Shown here: positions 9,590 through 19,095 of the stretch, in pieces | Layout: every line of letters starts with the position of its first letter | How positions within the stretch are numbered: the first letter of the stretch is position 1 | Source: Akkermansia sp. | Lineage (GTDB): Bacteria > Verrucomicrobiota > Verrucomicrobiia > Verrucomicrobiales > Akkermansiaceae | Direction of reading: 5' to 3' | Length of the DNA: 64,000 nt | Assembly (NCBI GenBank): GCA_017555205.1 | Contig: JAFZGW010000030.1 | Coordinates: forward strand, 19,959 to 83,958 | Position numbers and translations under genes: made by a program | The notes under the pieces: generated by a model | Database searches by the model: none | The model's input: the letters and a program-made list of their open reading frames with translations, nothing else | What the model was told of the DNA's origin: nothing

Positions 9590-10348
9590 ATGGCTACAGC
9601 TCCCACCCGGCACCACCTACTCCGCGCCGCTACGGCAGCACTTGCTTTGATGTTAATGGGTTGCTACCCGCCACCGCCGCAATACCCCTACACGCAGCTG
9701 GTAACTGAGCGCCGCAGCACCCTGCGGGAAAACCTGCTGCAACTGCTCCCGGAGAATCAACGCAAATTACCGGCAGCACAGGCAGAAGCCACTTGGTTGG
9801 CCGACACCGCCTATCAGGCAGCGGCAGCCATAGCCCGAGTGAATGACTCCAATTTCCCCGGCTGGGCCGGCAATGCTCTCGTCAACGCTTACCTACAAGA
9901 CCGCGGGCTCTGCTGGCACTACCAGCACGACATGTACCGCGAACTGCGCCGCCGCAAGCTCAACTTCTTCCGCGTGGGTTGCTGTGTGCGAGACCATACC
10001 AAACTTACCGAGCACAACTGCGTATACCTCGCAGCAGCCAATGATTTTTGGCCGCAGGCCATCGTGCTGGATGCCTGGATGTGGAACGGGCGCCTGAAAA
10101 CAGACCACGCCACCGAGTTGGAGCAAGATGACTGGGCAGACCTCCCCGAAATCTGCGATATGCTCTCCCGAACTTACTTCGAAGGTCATACCTACCCCAC
10201 AGAACACTGGTTCAGCGTGCGCTGCGATAACGGTAGCTACCTCATCTCCTCTTCCAACTACGCTCGTTGCTCGGCACAATACAGCCGCATGTACGAAAAC
10301 ATCCTTAAAGGAAGAGAAGAACACCCGGATAAACCCACGAGTTATTGA
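9590..10348 (+). CDS. Uncharacterised lipoprotein with a putative Cys-His-Asp triad (paralog 1)
   Basis: Lipobox LMGC; RGLCWHYQ, EHNCVY, VLDAW. Confidence 0.75.
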   Translation: MATAPTRHHLLRAATAALALMLMGCYPPPPQYPYTQLVTERRSTLRENLLQLLPENQRKLPAAQAEATWLADTAYQAAAAIARVNDSNFPGWAGNALVNAYLQDRGLCWHYQHDMYRELRRRKLNFFRVGCCVRDHTKLTEHNCVYLAAANDFWPQAIVLDAWMWNGRLKTDHATELEQDDWADLPEICDMLSRTYFEGHTYPTEHWFSVRCDNGSYLISSSNYARCSAQYSRMYENILKGREEHPDKPTSY

Positions 10349-10449
10349 CCCCCAATCACGAATGGACCGGCGCGCCCGGCTCCGTGTCATGACTGGCATA
10401 ATTTCCACTTGCAAATTTGCGCGAGCTGTGCCAGAATGCCGCGCACAAA

Positions 10450-11250
10450 ATGGCACGAATTCTCTCCACAAATCTGGAATCTGATATAACCTCGGCTCTG
10501 GCAACACTCAGCCTTGCATTTGCTGCTGCAGTGCTACTGCCCTCCTGCCAACGCGCACCGCTACCACAATATGTTACCACAGCCCCGGTAGTAGCTCAGC
10601 GCACCGAGCTTACAGATGATTTACTGGCGCTGCTGCCTGCAGAGCAGCGCAATCTACCGGCAGCTCAGAAAGAGGCTGCTTGGCTCGCGGATACAGCCCA
10701 AAAAGCTGCCGCAAGCATAGCACGGTTGAACAATCCCCTGCTTTGGCCGGCATGGATGAACAACCGCTTAGTCAACGCCCCCTTCAACATCCGCGAACGC
10801 GGTCTGTGCTGGCACTACCAACACGATATGTACCGCGAACTGCGCCGCCGCAAGCTCCAATACTTCACGCTGGGCTGCAATGTGCGCGACCGTGGCGAGG
10901 GCTCGGAGCACAACTGTGTTTATATTTGCGCTGCCGGCAGCAGCTGGCCGCAGGCTGTCACCCTCGATGCCTGGCGCCGCAACGGCAGACTTTCAACCTA
11001 TACACAAGACGAGCTCGCAGACGAAAACTGGGAGGATCGCCCTTCCACCACCTCCTTGCTCAGTTGGATATACCCCGAGGAGCACACCTACCCGGTCGAA
11101 CACTGGGCGCTCGTAAAGAGCGGCAAGAAGTGGAATGACTACGTTCCCAGCTGGGTTGAAAACGGCCGCAATACCCGACAGGGTAAAATCATGTACTCCA
11201 ACATGTACAACGGCCTAAAGCAACGCAACGGTAAACCTACCGATTATTAA
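10450..11250 (+). CDS. Uncharacterised lipoprotein with a putative Cys-His-Asp triad (paralog 2)
   Basis: Lipobox-like LLPSC; same RGLCWHYQHDMYRELRRRKL, EHNCVY and LDAW motifs; both paralogs end KPT(S/D)Y. Confidence 0.75.
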   Translation: MARILSTNLESDITSALATLSLAFAAAVLLPSCQRAPLPQYVTTAPVVAQRTELTDDLLALLPAEQRNLPAAQKEAAWLADTAQKAAASIARLNNPLLWPAWMNNRLVNAPFNIRERGLCWHYQHDMYRELRRRKLQYFTLGCNVRDRGEGSEHNCVYICAAGSSWPQAVTLDAWRRNGRLSTYTQDELADENWEDRPSTTSLLSWIYPEEHTYPVEHWALVKSGKKWNDYVPSWVENGRNTRQGKIMYSNMYNGLKQRNGKPTDY

Positions 11251-11252
11251 GC

Positions 11253-11891
11253 TCAGGGCTGCAAGCGCTCTATACTCCAAGTTCCGTCCTCCTGCAAGGT
11301 GTACATAAACCGGTCGTGCACGCGACCGGGGCCGCCCTGCCAGAACTCCACATGGTGGGGTACTATGCGATAGCCCCCCCAGAAATCCGGCAACGGCACC
11401 TGACCTTCGGAGAACTTGCGCTTAAGCTCCTGCAATTTCATCATCAGCAATTTGCGGGTAGATATCACTTGGCTTTGGTGCGACACCCAAGCCCCCAGCT
11501 GGCTCTCGCGCGGGCGCGAAAGGAAGTATTTAAGCGTCTCGGCACGCGAAATCTTCTCAGCCCGCCCGTAAACAATAATCTGGCGCTCCAGCGTAACCCA
11601 AGGCAACAACATACAGATTTCGGGGTTACTTTCCAGCTCGCGCGCCTTGCGGCTAGTGTAGTTGGTGAAAAAAACGTAACCTCTATTATCGTAGTATTTC
11701 AACAACACCGTACGCAACGAAGGGCGACCATCCGGCGTTGCTGTAGCTATGCTGATAGCATTCGGCTCAGGCACCTCTGCCTGCAAAGCCTGCTTAAACC
11801 AGCGGTCAAATTGCTCGAACGGCGAATCCGCCAAATCCCGGCGATGCAGGGTATCCTTCAGATATTCCTCTCGAAACGCAGATAAATCCAT
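11253..11891 (-). CDS. pdxH: Pyridoxamine 5'-phosphate oxidase
   Basis: RTVLLK, FFTNYTSRK, SRPRESQLGAWVS.QS, EFWQG..GRVHDR. Confidence 0.97.
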   Translation of the reverse strand: MDLSAFREEYLKDTLHRRDLADSPFEQFDRWFKQALQAEVPEPNAISIATATPDGRPSLRTVLLKYYDNRGYVFFTNYTSRKARELESNPEICMLLPWVTLERQIIVYGRAEKISRAETLKYFLSRPRESQLGAWVSHQSQVISTRKLLMMKLQELKRKFSEGQVPLPDFWGGYRIVPHHVEFWQGGPGRVHDRFMYTLQEDGTWSIERLQP

Positions 11892-11897
11892 ACCCTC

Positions 11898-11926
11898 ACT
11901 ATACCATCCCCGCGCCCGTCAAGCAA
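11898..11926 (-). promoter_or_regulatory. Promoter for pdxH (leaderless)
   Basis: Minus strand TTGCTT-17-TATAGT-6 nt-ATG. Confidence 0.65.
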
Positions 11927-11945
11927 GCCATTTACCCTATTTTAC

Positions 11946-11978
11946 AAAAAAAGCTCCGGGGTTTTCACCTCGGAGCTT
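11946..11978 (-). terminator. Intrinsic terminator downstream of tRNA-Glu
   Basis: Minus strand AAGCTCCGAGGTGAAAACCCCGGAGC then T7. Confidence 0.8.
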
Positions 11979-11986
11979 CCATTTCA

Positions 11987-12058
11987 CATCCCCACGCGGA
12001 TTCGAACCGCGGTTCTATGACTGAGAATCATATGTCCTAACCCCTAGACGATGGGGAC
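11987..12058 (-). tRNA. tRNA-Glu (CTC), CCA not encoded
   Basis: Reverse complement GTCCCCATCGTCTAGGGGTTAGGACATATGATT-CTC-AGTCATAGAACCGCGGTTCGAATCCGCGTGGGGATG folds as a cloverleaf with a TTCGAAT T-loop; upstream TTGACA-16-TAATAT at 12118-12091. Confidence 0.95.
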
Positions 12059-12206
12059 TTTCAGATGTGTTGTTGACTGGCAACGGGGGAATATTACCAC
12101 AGCACAAGCAGATGTCAAGTAAAATTTATAAAAAAAAGACAAAAAAATTAGACGAAGGCGCGATTGTCATTTGCAGAGCGCCGGTAAATATGGTAGAATG
12201 AACGGC

Positions 12207-13700
12207 ATGCCGAGAAGAGTAACAGTGTTTACCCTACTGGCGCTGGTAGGCCTGACAGCCCCGGCGCAAGATACGCCTACAACAGCCGCCCCCGGGCAAA
12301 GTGGCGCCACCACCCAGCCCGACCCCACGCGTGCCGAACTCAGGCAAAGCAAAACCGCCCTGCAAGAGCCGGATGAACACGTCGTGTCGCAATCGCGCAT
12401 GTTCTCCGTGAGTGGCGGCGACTCTCTACGCATGGGTGCTATTGCAACGAAGGCGGATGAAGTACGCGGCTCGGTATGCCGACTGCTGGGAATTGATACA
12501 ACTTGGAAATACGGTATATCCATACGCCTGATTGGCAACTCAACCGATCCGGCCGAACTCAATCCCATCCGCACGCGCATCAGCATTATCGGCGGAGAGC
12601 CCAATTTTCAGATTCGCATATACCCCGGTGGCGGCATTAACGTGGAGCGGCTTACGAATGCCATCATCACCATGACTCTTTTCGAGCGCGCCCTGTGCAA
12701 CCAGCGGGCAGACGCCCTGCCCGACAGCGTTAACATACCACAATGGCTCATAACCGGCATACAGCAAGCCGTACTCTGGCGCAGCGGTAAGGGCGACCGC
12801 CGACTTTACCGTAGCCTCTTTGAGCGAGCCGACATGTTAACCCCCGAGGAGATTGTAAGCACGAACGACGCAGACGGGCTGGATGCCAGCTCACGGCAAG
12901 TGTACGATGTATCCTGCGGCGTACTCATCATGTGCCTGCTGCACCGCGAGGGCGGCCCTGCCCAATTGCGCGAGCTGATAGCCGAGTCCGCACTCGCAGA
13001 CGGTTCCCCCCGCGAAATCATAACCTCGCATTTCCATGAACTGGGAATAGATGCCACGATGCTCAGCAAATGGTGGGCACTCGAACTCGCCAACCTCTCG
13101 AAAGCGCCGGCAACGGAAATGCTTACACCCATGGAAACGGAAAAGCAGCTCAACGAGGCTCTGACAATTCTGACATACGAGAAAGAAACCCAACTACCAC
13201 GCCAGCTGAGTGCTGACAACGTGTATGGATTGCTGGCTTTACCCGAGTGGAGAGCACACATTCACCCGCTCATCGAGCGGCTCATGGCTCTCAACCTGCA
13301 TTGTTTCCCGGGCTACCGCGCAATTATTGCCGAGTATTGCCGAGCCTACAGCGAACTATTGAAGGGAGCCACAGCTGACGACGTGCAAAATATACTCGGC
13401 CCGCTGCGCGAACTCAGAGAGGCCTATATCACCACCTCACTGCGGGCACGCGACTACCTCGACTGGTACGAAATAACGCACCTCGGCGAAAAAAGTCATC
13501 GGGAAGGCTTTACCGACTACTTGGAAACCATGCACATGCTACGCCAAGAAAAACCGGGACCGGATACCCACATGAGCCGATACCTGCAAGACATCGAAAT
13601 CCTCTACGGCCTTAAATCCGGCGATGAACTACCGAATTCCCTCATGCAGCAAGTGCGCAAAGCCCGCGACAAATACCGCCAACAAAAAACACAACAATGA
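12207..13700 (+). CDS. Secreted hypothetical protein, possibly an inactive zincin/peptidase-MA-like fold
   Basis: Signal peptide MPRRVTVFTLLALVGLTAPA; IPQWLITGI resembles the PxWxxEG motif but there is no HExxH; stop overlaps rnhB (ATGA). Confidence 0.6.
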   Translation: MPRRVTVFTLLALVGLTAPAQDTPTTAAPGQSGATTQPDPTRAELRQSKTALQEPDEHVVSQSRMFSVSGGDSLRMGAIATKADEVRGSVCRLLGIDTTWKYGISIRLIGNSTDPAELNPIRTRISIIGGEPNFQIRIYPGGGINVERLTNAIITMTLFERALCNQRADALPDSVNIPQWLITGIQQAVLWRSGKGDRRLYRSLFERADMLTPEEIVSTNDADGLDASSRQVYDVSCGVLIMCLLHREGGPAQLRELIAESALADGSPREIITSHFHELGIDATMLSKWWALELANLSKAPATEMLTPMETEKQLNEALTILTYEKETQLPRQLSADNVYGLLALPEWRAHIHPLIERLMALNLHCFPGYRAIIAEYCRAYSELLKGATADDVQNILGPLRELREAYITTSLRARDYLDWYEITHLGEKSHREGFTDYLETMHMLRQEKPGPDTHMSRYLQDIEILYGLKSGDELPNSLMQQVRKARDKYRQQKTQQ

Positions 13701-14350
13701 GAGCCAAACAGCAATTTACCCTGCCCCCGGCACCGGATTTGAGTGCAGAAATCACAGCACAGGCAGACGGCTTTGCTCGCGTATGCGGTATAGACGAAGC
13801 CGGGCGCGGCCCGTTGGCCGGACCAGTAGTGGCCGCAGCAGTTGTACTTCCCACCGGTTATGAGCTACCGGGACTCAATGATTCCAAAAAACTCACAGCT
13901 CGACGCCGAGAGCAACTTTTCGAGCAGCTCATGGCCGACCCGCAGGTGCACAAGTGCATTGCTACCGCCACCGTGGCAGAAATAGATGAACTCAACATTC
14001 TGCGCGCCACTCACTTGGCCATGGCACGCGCCGCGCAAGGGCTGGAACCACAGCCCGATTTCTGCCTGATAGACGGACTGCCAGTTCCGGGATTCCCCTT
14101 ACCCTCAACCAATCTGGTAAAGGGCGATGCGCGCAGCCTGAGCATAGCCGCAGCCAGTGTACTGGCCAAGGTAACACGTGACCGCTACATGTGCAAATTG
14201 GCCGCTGAATACCCGCAATACGGCTTTGAACGCCACGCTGGCTACGGCACAAAAGCCCACCTACAAGCTATTAAGCAATATGGAATTACGCCACACCATC
14301 GCCGCTCGTTTGCGCCTGTTGCACAAATGGAGCTGCCCTTGGGGCTCTGA
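13697..14350 (+). CDS. rnhB: Ribonuclease HII
   Basis: GIDEAGRGPLAGPVVAAAV, LNDSKKL, KGDARSLSIAAASVLAKVTRD. Confidence 0.97.
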   Translation: MRAKQQFTLPPAPDLSAEITAQADGFARVCGIDEAGRGPLAGPVVAAAVVLPTGYELPGLNDSKKLTARRREQLFEQLMADPQVHKCIATATVAEIDELNILRATHLAMARAAQGLEPQPDFCLIDGLPVPGFPLPSTNLVKGDARSLSIAAASVLAKVTRDRYMCKLAAEYPQYGFERHAGYGTKAHLQAIKQYGITPHHRRSFAPVAQMELPLGL

Positions 14351-14741
14351 CAGCCCGCCCGACCGCGCCTACCTAGGCGAGTACGGCGAACTGGTGGCGG
14401 AGTCCTACCTGCGCTCACAAGGGCTGAAAATACTCTACCGCAATTTTCGCTACGGCAGGCGCGGCGAGCTCGATATTGTATGCCGCGAGGGCGATGTACT
14501 CGTAGCCTGCGAGGTTAAAAGCTCAGCCTCCCCGGCAAGCGGCGCACCCATGCGAGCCGTCAATCGCCGCAAGCGTGAATTGCTTCGCCATGGATTGCGC
14601 AATTGGCTCCACCTACTGCACCGGGATGATATACCCACCCGCTTCGACATCATCGAGGTCAGCCTTATCGGCAGAAAGAAACCCGTAATTCACCACCACC
14701 GTGCCGCCTTCGGCATGCACGAGGGGAGCATACAATGGTAA
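14280..14741 (+). CDS. yraN: YraN family (UPF0102) putative endonuclease
   Basis: LGEYGELVAESYL, RNFR...GELDIV, EVK, RFDIIEV. The nearest ATG (14280) overlaps rnhB by 71 nt, so the start is uncertain. Confidence 0.85.
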   Translation: MELRHTIAARLRLLHKWSCPWGSDSPPDRAYLGEYGELVAESYLRSQGLKILYRNFRYGRRGELDIVCREGDVLVACEVKSSASPASGAPMRAVNRRKRELLRHGLRNWLHLLHRDDIPTRFDIIEVSLIGRKKPVIHHHRAAFGMHEGSIQW

Positions 14742-14818
14742 ACCGAAAACAGAGTGCCGGCTTGACTTAGCTGCTTGAATATGCTAGAAATGAGCCATCA
14801 ACACATTGCAGAGCCGGG

Positions 14819-16519
14819 ATGAACAACAGGGAACTTTTCAGGGAATTGGAGCAACTGCTGCGGCGCACGCCGGGGTTCTGCACGAATGAGGGGGTGCTGA
14901 TTCGCAACAGCATTGCGGCGGCGGCCATGGAGCTACGCCCCGAATTACTACGTCTGCTGCTGGGGCACAATGAACTGCGCAACTACTTCTTTACCGTGGT
15001 TGAGGGGGTGCAGGTATTTGACAAGATGAAGTTCCTGCGTTTTGTTGCCAACAAAAACTTTCTACCCGACAGCTACACAGCATACCGCAACAGCATCGGC
15101 CTTGCAGACGGCACGGGCGACATGCTTGCCGAGCGCCGACAGGTAGTGCTCAGCTGGCCCTACAAAGATTGCCTGCTCGAAGGTGGTCAAACCCGCGAAG
15201 AAGCACGGCGGCAAGAGATATTCTGGAACGAAACTCTGGCTCCCGATGAAATCAATCGCCTGACCGAACCGAAAGCACTCTGCAACTTTCACCGCGTAAC
15301 CGCTCAGGGAGTACAACCCGCCAACGAATTGTGCGAAAACGACAATTACATCATACGCGGCAACAACCTGTTGGCTCTCTACAGCCTGCGCAAGCGCTAC
15401 GCCGGGCAGGTGAAAATGATTTACATTGACCCGCCCTACAACACGGGTGGCGACAGTTTCGGCTACAACGATACCTTCAACCACAGCACTTGGCTGACCT
15501 TCATGCGCAACCGCCTCGAAATTGCGCGCGAACTACTTACACCAGACGGCAGCATCTATGTGCAACTCGACTGGAACGAGGCTCACTACTGCAAAGTGCT
15601 CATGGACGAGATTTTCGGCCGTGATTGCTTCCGCAACGAGATTATATGGTGCTACACCGGCCCCGGCTCGCCCGGCATGAAACAACTCAACCGCAAGCAC
15701 GATACCATACTTTGGTACTCCCGCAACCCCAATGAATGGATATTCAACGGCAATGACATCCGCCTGCGCTCCGAAGTTCACGCCGGCGGATTCAAGGGAG
15801 AAATGAGCGCCAACGTCAGCAGCAGCTACAGCGAAAAAGGTAAAATCCCCGAGGACTGGTGGGAACTATTCCATACCCCCGAAGATTTGGCTGATGAAAT
15901 TCGCCGCCTGAGCGACGAGCAAAAGAAAATCAACGATGCCGATTGGTTCAAAGCCGCCGTGGCCGCCCGTATAAAAGTAGATGGTGTACAACGTACCGGC
16001 TACATGACCGAAAAACCCTACAAGCTCATGGAGCGGCTCATACGCCAAGGCACAAACGAGGGCGATTTGGTGCTCGATTTCTTTGCCGGCAGCGGCACCA
16101 CCGGCTATGTAGCAAGCTACCTGAACCGCCGCTACATACTCGTGGAACAACTGGAAGACACGGTCGCCATCATGCACCGCCGCTTCCGCGACAACTCCCC
16201 CGTTTACTGCGAACTAGCCGCAGCCAACAGCCATTATATGCAAGCCATAGCCGCGGCCACCACGGCAGATGAACTCGTCCCCATACTCACAGCCATAAGC
16301 CGCCACGGCTACCTGAACTGGCAGGTGAATGAGCAGGCGCTGATGGAGACCATAGGCAAGTGCGACCTACCGTTAGACCAACAAAAGGCCCTGTTGCTCG
16401 AAAGTTTAGACAAAAACATGCTCTATGTACCACTCAGTGAAGCAGGGAGCGATGAGTTCCGCATGAGCCCGCTCGACAGGGCCCTCAACAGCACCTTCTA
16501 CGGCACCGGGCAAGCATGA
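14819..16519 (+). CDS. mod: Type III R-M methyltransferase (Mod)
   Basis: IRGNNLLAL, YIDPPYNTG (motif IV), HSTWLTFMRNRL, LDFFAGSGTT (motif I); promoter-like TTGACT-17-TAGAAA upstream. Confidence 0.92.
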   Translation: MNNRELFRELEQLLRRTPGFCTNEGVLIRNSIAAAAMELRPELLRLLLGHNELRNYFFTVVEGVQVFDKMKFLRFVANKNFLPDSYTAYRNSIGLADGTGDMLAERRQVVLSWPYKDCLLEGGQTREEARRQEIFWNETLAPDEINRLTEPKALCNFHRVTAQGVQPANELCENDNYIIRGNNLLALYSLRKRYAGQVKMIYIDPPYNTGGDSFGYNDTFNHSTWLTFMRNRLEIARELLTPDGSIYVQLDWNEAHYCKVLMDEIFGRDCFRNEIIWCYTGPGSPGMKQLNRKHDTILWYSRNPNEWIFNGNDIRLRSEVHAGGFKGEMSANVSSSYSEKGKIPEDWWELFHTPEDLADEIRRLSDEQKKINDADWFKAAVAARIKVDGVQRTGYMTEKPYKLMERLIRQGTNEGDLVLDFFAGSGTTGYVASYLNRRYILVEQLEDTVAIMHRRFRDNSPVYCELAAANSHYMQAIAAATTADELVPILTAISRHGYLNWQVNEQALMETIGKCDLPLDQQKALLLESLDKNMLYVPLSEAGSDEFRMSPLDRALNSTFYGTGQA

Positions 16520-19035
16520 GCAGCATTTCACCAGCGCCGCCGGAACTCCCCGCAGCCATCACCGCCGGGTTAAACCCGGCACTGACACTGCGCCCCTACC
16601 AGGCGGACTGTTTTAGCGCATGGCTACGCTACTGGCAACACTACGGGCAAGACCCGGCTGCCCTGCACCACCTGCTCTTTCACATGGCAACCGGCAGCGG
16701 CAAAACGCTGATTATGGCCGGGCTCATGCTGCACCTCTACACACAGGGGTACCGCAATTTCCTGTTTTTCGTCAACTCAACCAACATCATCGAAAAAACG
16801 CGCGAAAATTTCCTGAATCCCAGATCCGGAAAATACCTATTTGCGCCAGTTATCGAACTGAACGGGCAACGGGTGCAAGTGCGTGCGGTGAGCAATTTTC
16901 GCGAATCGCAGCCCGACTGCATCAACCTGTGCCTGACCACTATCCAAAAACTGCACAGTGACCTGAATACCGCTCGCGAAGGCAGCTGCGGCTACGAGGA
17001 TTTCGCCCAGCAGAGCATCGTCTTCATCTCAGACGAAGCCCACCACATCAACGCTGCCACCCGAAAAAACCGCGCGCCACACAATCTCACCCCGCAACAG
17101 CTCGAGCTCGCATTCGATGAGCCCGACTTCGAACCAAGCTACGAAAACACAGCCCTGCGATTATTCAATGCCGATACCGGCTCCGCTCTTCCCAACGTGC
17201 TGCTGGAGTTTTCGGCCACCATAGATTTTGACAACCGCAACCTAGCCGAAAAGTACCGCAATAAGCTGCTCTTCGACTATTCGCTACGCCGTTTCCGGCA
17301 AGACGGCTACTCCAAAAACATATCCCTGCAACAAAGCAACCTGCCCCCCATGCAGCGTGCTCTGCTGGCCACCCTGCTCAGCCAATACAAGCGCAAACTT
17401 TTCGCCGGGATTGGGTTGGAATGCAAGCCGGTCATCCTCTTCAAATCGCGCCTCATCAAAGAAAACGCCGCCTTTTACCGTGATTTCAGCGCAGCACTGC
17501 GAGCGCTGACGCCGAATGAACTGGAGCAACTGTGCCGCACCGCCACAGGAGATATTGCAGCCATTTTTGAACATTTGGAGACTACCGGTTACTCTCTCGA
17601 AAACCTCATTGCCGAATTACAGGAGGACTTTTCGGAGGAAAAATTACTGCTGGTAGACAACACTGAAATCACCCCGGACAAACAGTTGTTGCTCAACAGC
17701 CTCGAATCCCCCGACAACAAGATTCGCGCCATATTCGCCGTGGATATGCTCAACGAAGGGTGGGATGTACTCAACCTCTGTGACATCGTGAGGCTATACG
17801 ACACCAAAGCCGGCAGCAGCGGTAAGCCCGGCAGCAAAACCGTGGCAGAGGCTCAGCTCATAGGGCGAGGGGCACGCTACCTACCCTTTACCGACCGAAG
17901 CGCACCGCACGCTCCCTGCGGGCAACGCAAATACGACAATGATTGCGCAAACCCGCTGCGCCTGCTCGAGACCCTGCACTACCACAGCGCCTCGAACAGC
18001 AGCTATGTGCAGGAACTCAACTCCGCCCTCGTGCAAAGCGGCTTGCTGCCACAAGGCACTGCCACCGTGCAAACCGCACTCAAGCCCGATTTCAAAAATA
18101 GCGAGTTCTACCGTACCGGTCGCCTGTACTTCAACCGCCGCGAACAACTGTCAACCATCGGCACCTCCCCTTTGGCAGAGCGCCTTCGCGAGCCGATTTG
18201 CGCCACGTTGCAGCTGCGCAAGGGGCGCTGCACACTACCGCTGGCAAGCATGGGTCTGCACTTACTGCGCGCCGCGCTGAACCGCTGCGAAAACTACCGC
18301 TACGACAACCTGCGGCGGCTATTCCCGGAGTTGAAATCGCTGCGCGAGTTCATCGAAAGCCCCCACTACCTCGGCGGCTTGCAAGTGACTATAGACGGCT
18401 GCACCGCACGCACCCCGCTCACCCCGCAGCAGCGACTCCATATCGCCCGCTGCGCCCTACAACAGCTCGAACCTCAGCTTCCCCGACCGGGGCTCCGATA
18501 CATCGGCAGACAGGTACTAAACTCCGCCCCCGTCTGCGAACTCGTACAAGAGCGCACCATTCAGCGTCACTATGAAGCCGGTGAAGTTGCCGCAATCGGC
18601 GCACCATTCGCGGCTGCGGAATGGTTTGCGCGCAGCACCTGCGCCCCCACCGCAGCAGAACTCCCCCTGCTGCAAGCTCTACTGAGTGCCGGCCCGCAAC
18701 TTAGGGAGCACTACCGCAGCATGTGGCTTATACCCAACCACGGCGATGTCCGCCTGCACGAACTTAGCACCGGCACGCCCTTTGCCCCGAGTTTCATCCT
18801 TTGCTTAGCGCCTGTGGCACCAACTGCATCCCACCTGCAAATCTACCTCGACTGCCAGCCCGGCCACCTGCAGGGGCTCTACCGCCACCGCGCCGCCACT
18901 CTGACGGCATTGCAGGGGGCAGCTGAAACCACATTCGAAGGTTCGCTCTTCTCCCGCCCGCGAATACTGGGGCGCGCACTTTACACCCCGGCGGATGTCG
19001 AGCTATTCATCCACGAGCTCCTCACTGAAATCTGA
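16516..19035 (+). CDS. res: Type III R-M Res subunit: intact SF2 helicase, degenerate nuclease motif
   Basis: LRPYQ, MATGSGKT, DEAHH, EFSAT, LNEGWDV, QLIGRGAR; ATGA overlap with mod; C-terminal FAPSFIL...IYLDCQPG replaces F.PDF.L...FIEPKG. Confidence 0.88.
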   Translation: MSSISPAPPELPAAITAGLNPALTLRPYQADCFSAWLRYWQHYGQDPAALHHLLFHMATGSGKTLIMAGLMLHLYTQGYRNFLFFVNSTNIIEKTRENFLNPRSGKYLFAPVIELNGQRVQVRAVSNFRESQPDCINLCLTTIQKLHSDLNTAREGSCGYEDFAQQSIVFISDEAHHINAATRKNRAPHNLTPQQLELAFDEPDFEPSYENTALRLFNADTGSALPNVLLEFSATIDFDNRNLAEKYRNKLLFDYSLRRFRQDGYSKNISLQQSNLPPMQRALLATLLSQYKRKLFAGIGLECKPVILFKSRLIKENAAFYRDFSAALRALTPNELEQLCRTATGDIAAIFEHLETTGYSLENLIAELQEDFSEEKLLLVDNTEITPDKQLLLNSLESPDNKIRAIFAVDMLNEGWDVLNLCDIVRLYDTKAGSSGKPGSKTVAEAQLIGRGARYLPFTDRSAPHAPCGQRKYDNDCANPLRLLETLHYHSASNSSYVQELNSALVQSGLLPQGTATVQTALKPDFKNSEFYRTGRLYFNRREQLSTIGTSPLAERLREPICATLQLRKGRCTLPLASMGLHLLRAALNRCENYRYDNLRRLFPELKSLREFIESPHYLGGLQVTIDGCTARTPLTPQQRLHIARCALQQLEPQLPRPGLRYIGRQVLNSAPVCELVQERTIQRHYEAGEVAAIGAPFAAAEWFARSTCAPTAAELPLLQALLSAGPQLREHYRSMWLIPNHGDVRLHELSTGTPFAPSFILCLAPVAPTASHLQIYLDCQPGHLQGLYRHRAATLTALQGAAETTFEGSLFSRPRILGRALYTPADVELFIHELLTEI

Positions 19036-19095
19036 TTTACTCGCGCCAACTGTTATCAAACAGCAGCAAGTGCCGGGATGTCACATTTCGTGACC

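Noticed and set aside
11987-12058. tRNA-Glu as an island integration site
   Set aside because: No integrase, no duplicated tRNA 3' end noticed, and pdxH lies directly downstream.
14819-16519. Phase-variable mod (phasevarion)
   Set aside because: No simple-sequence repeat tract seen in the gene or its promoter.
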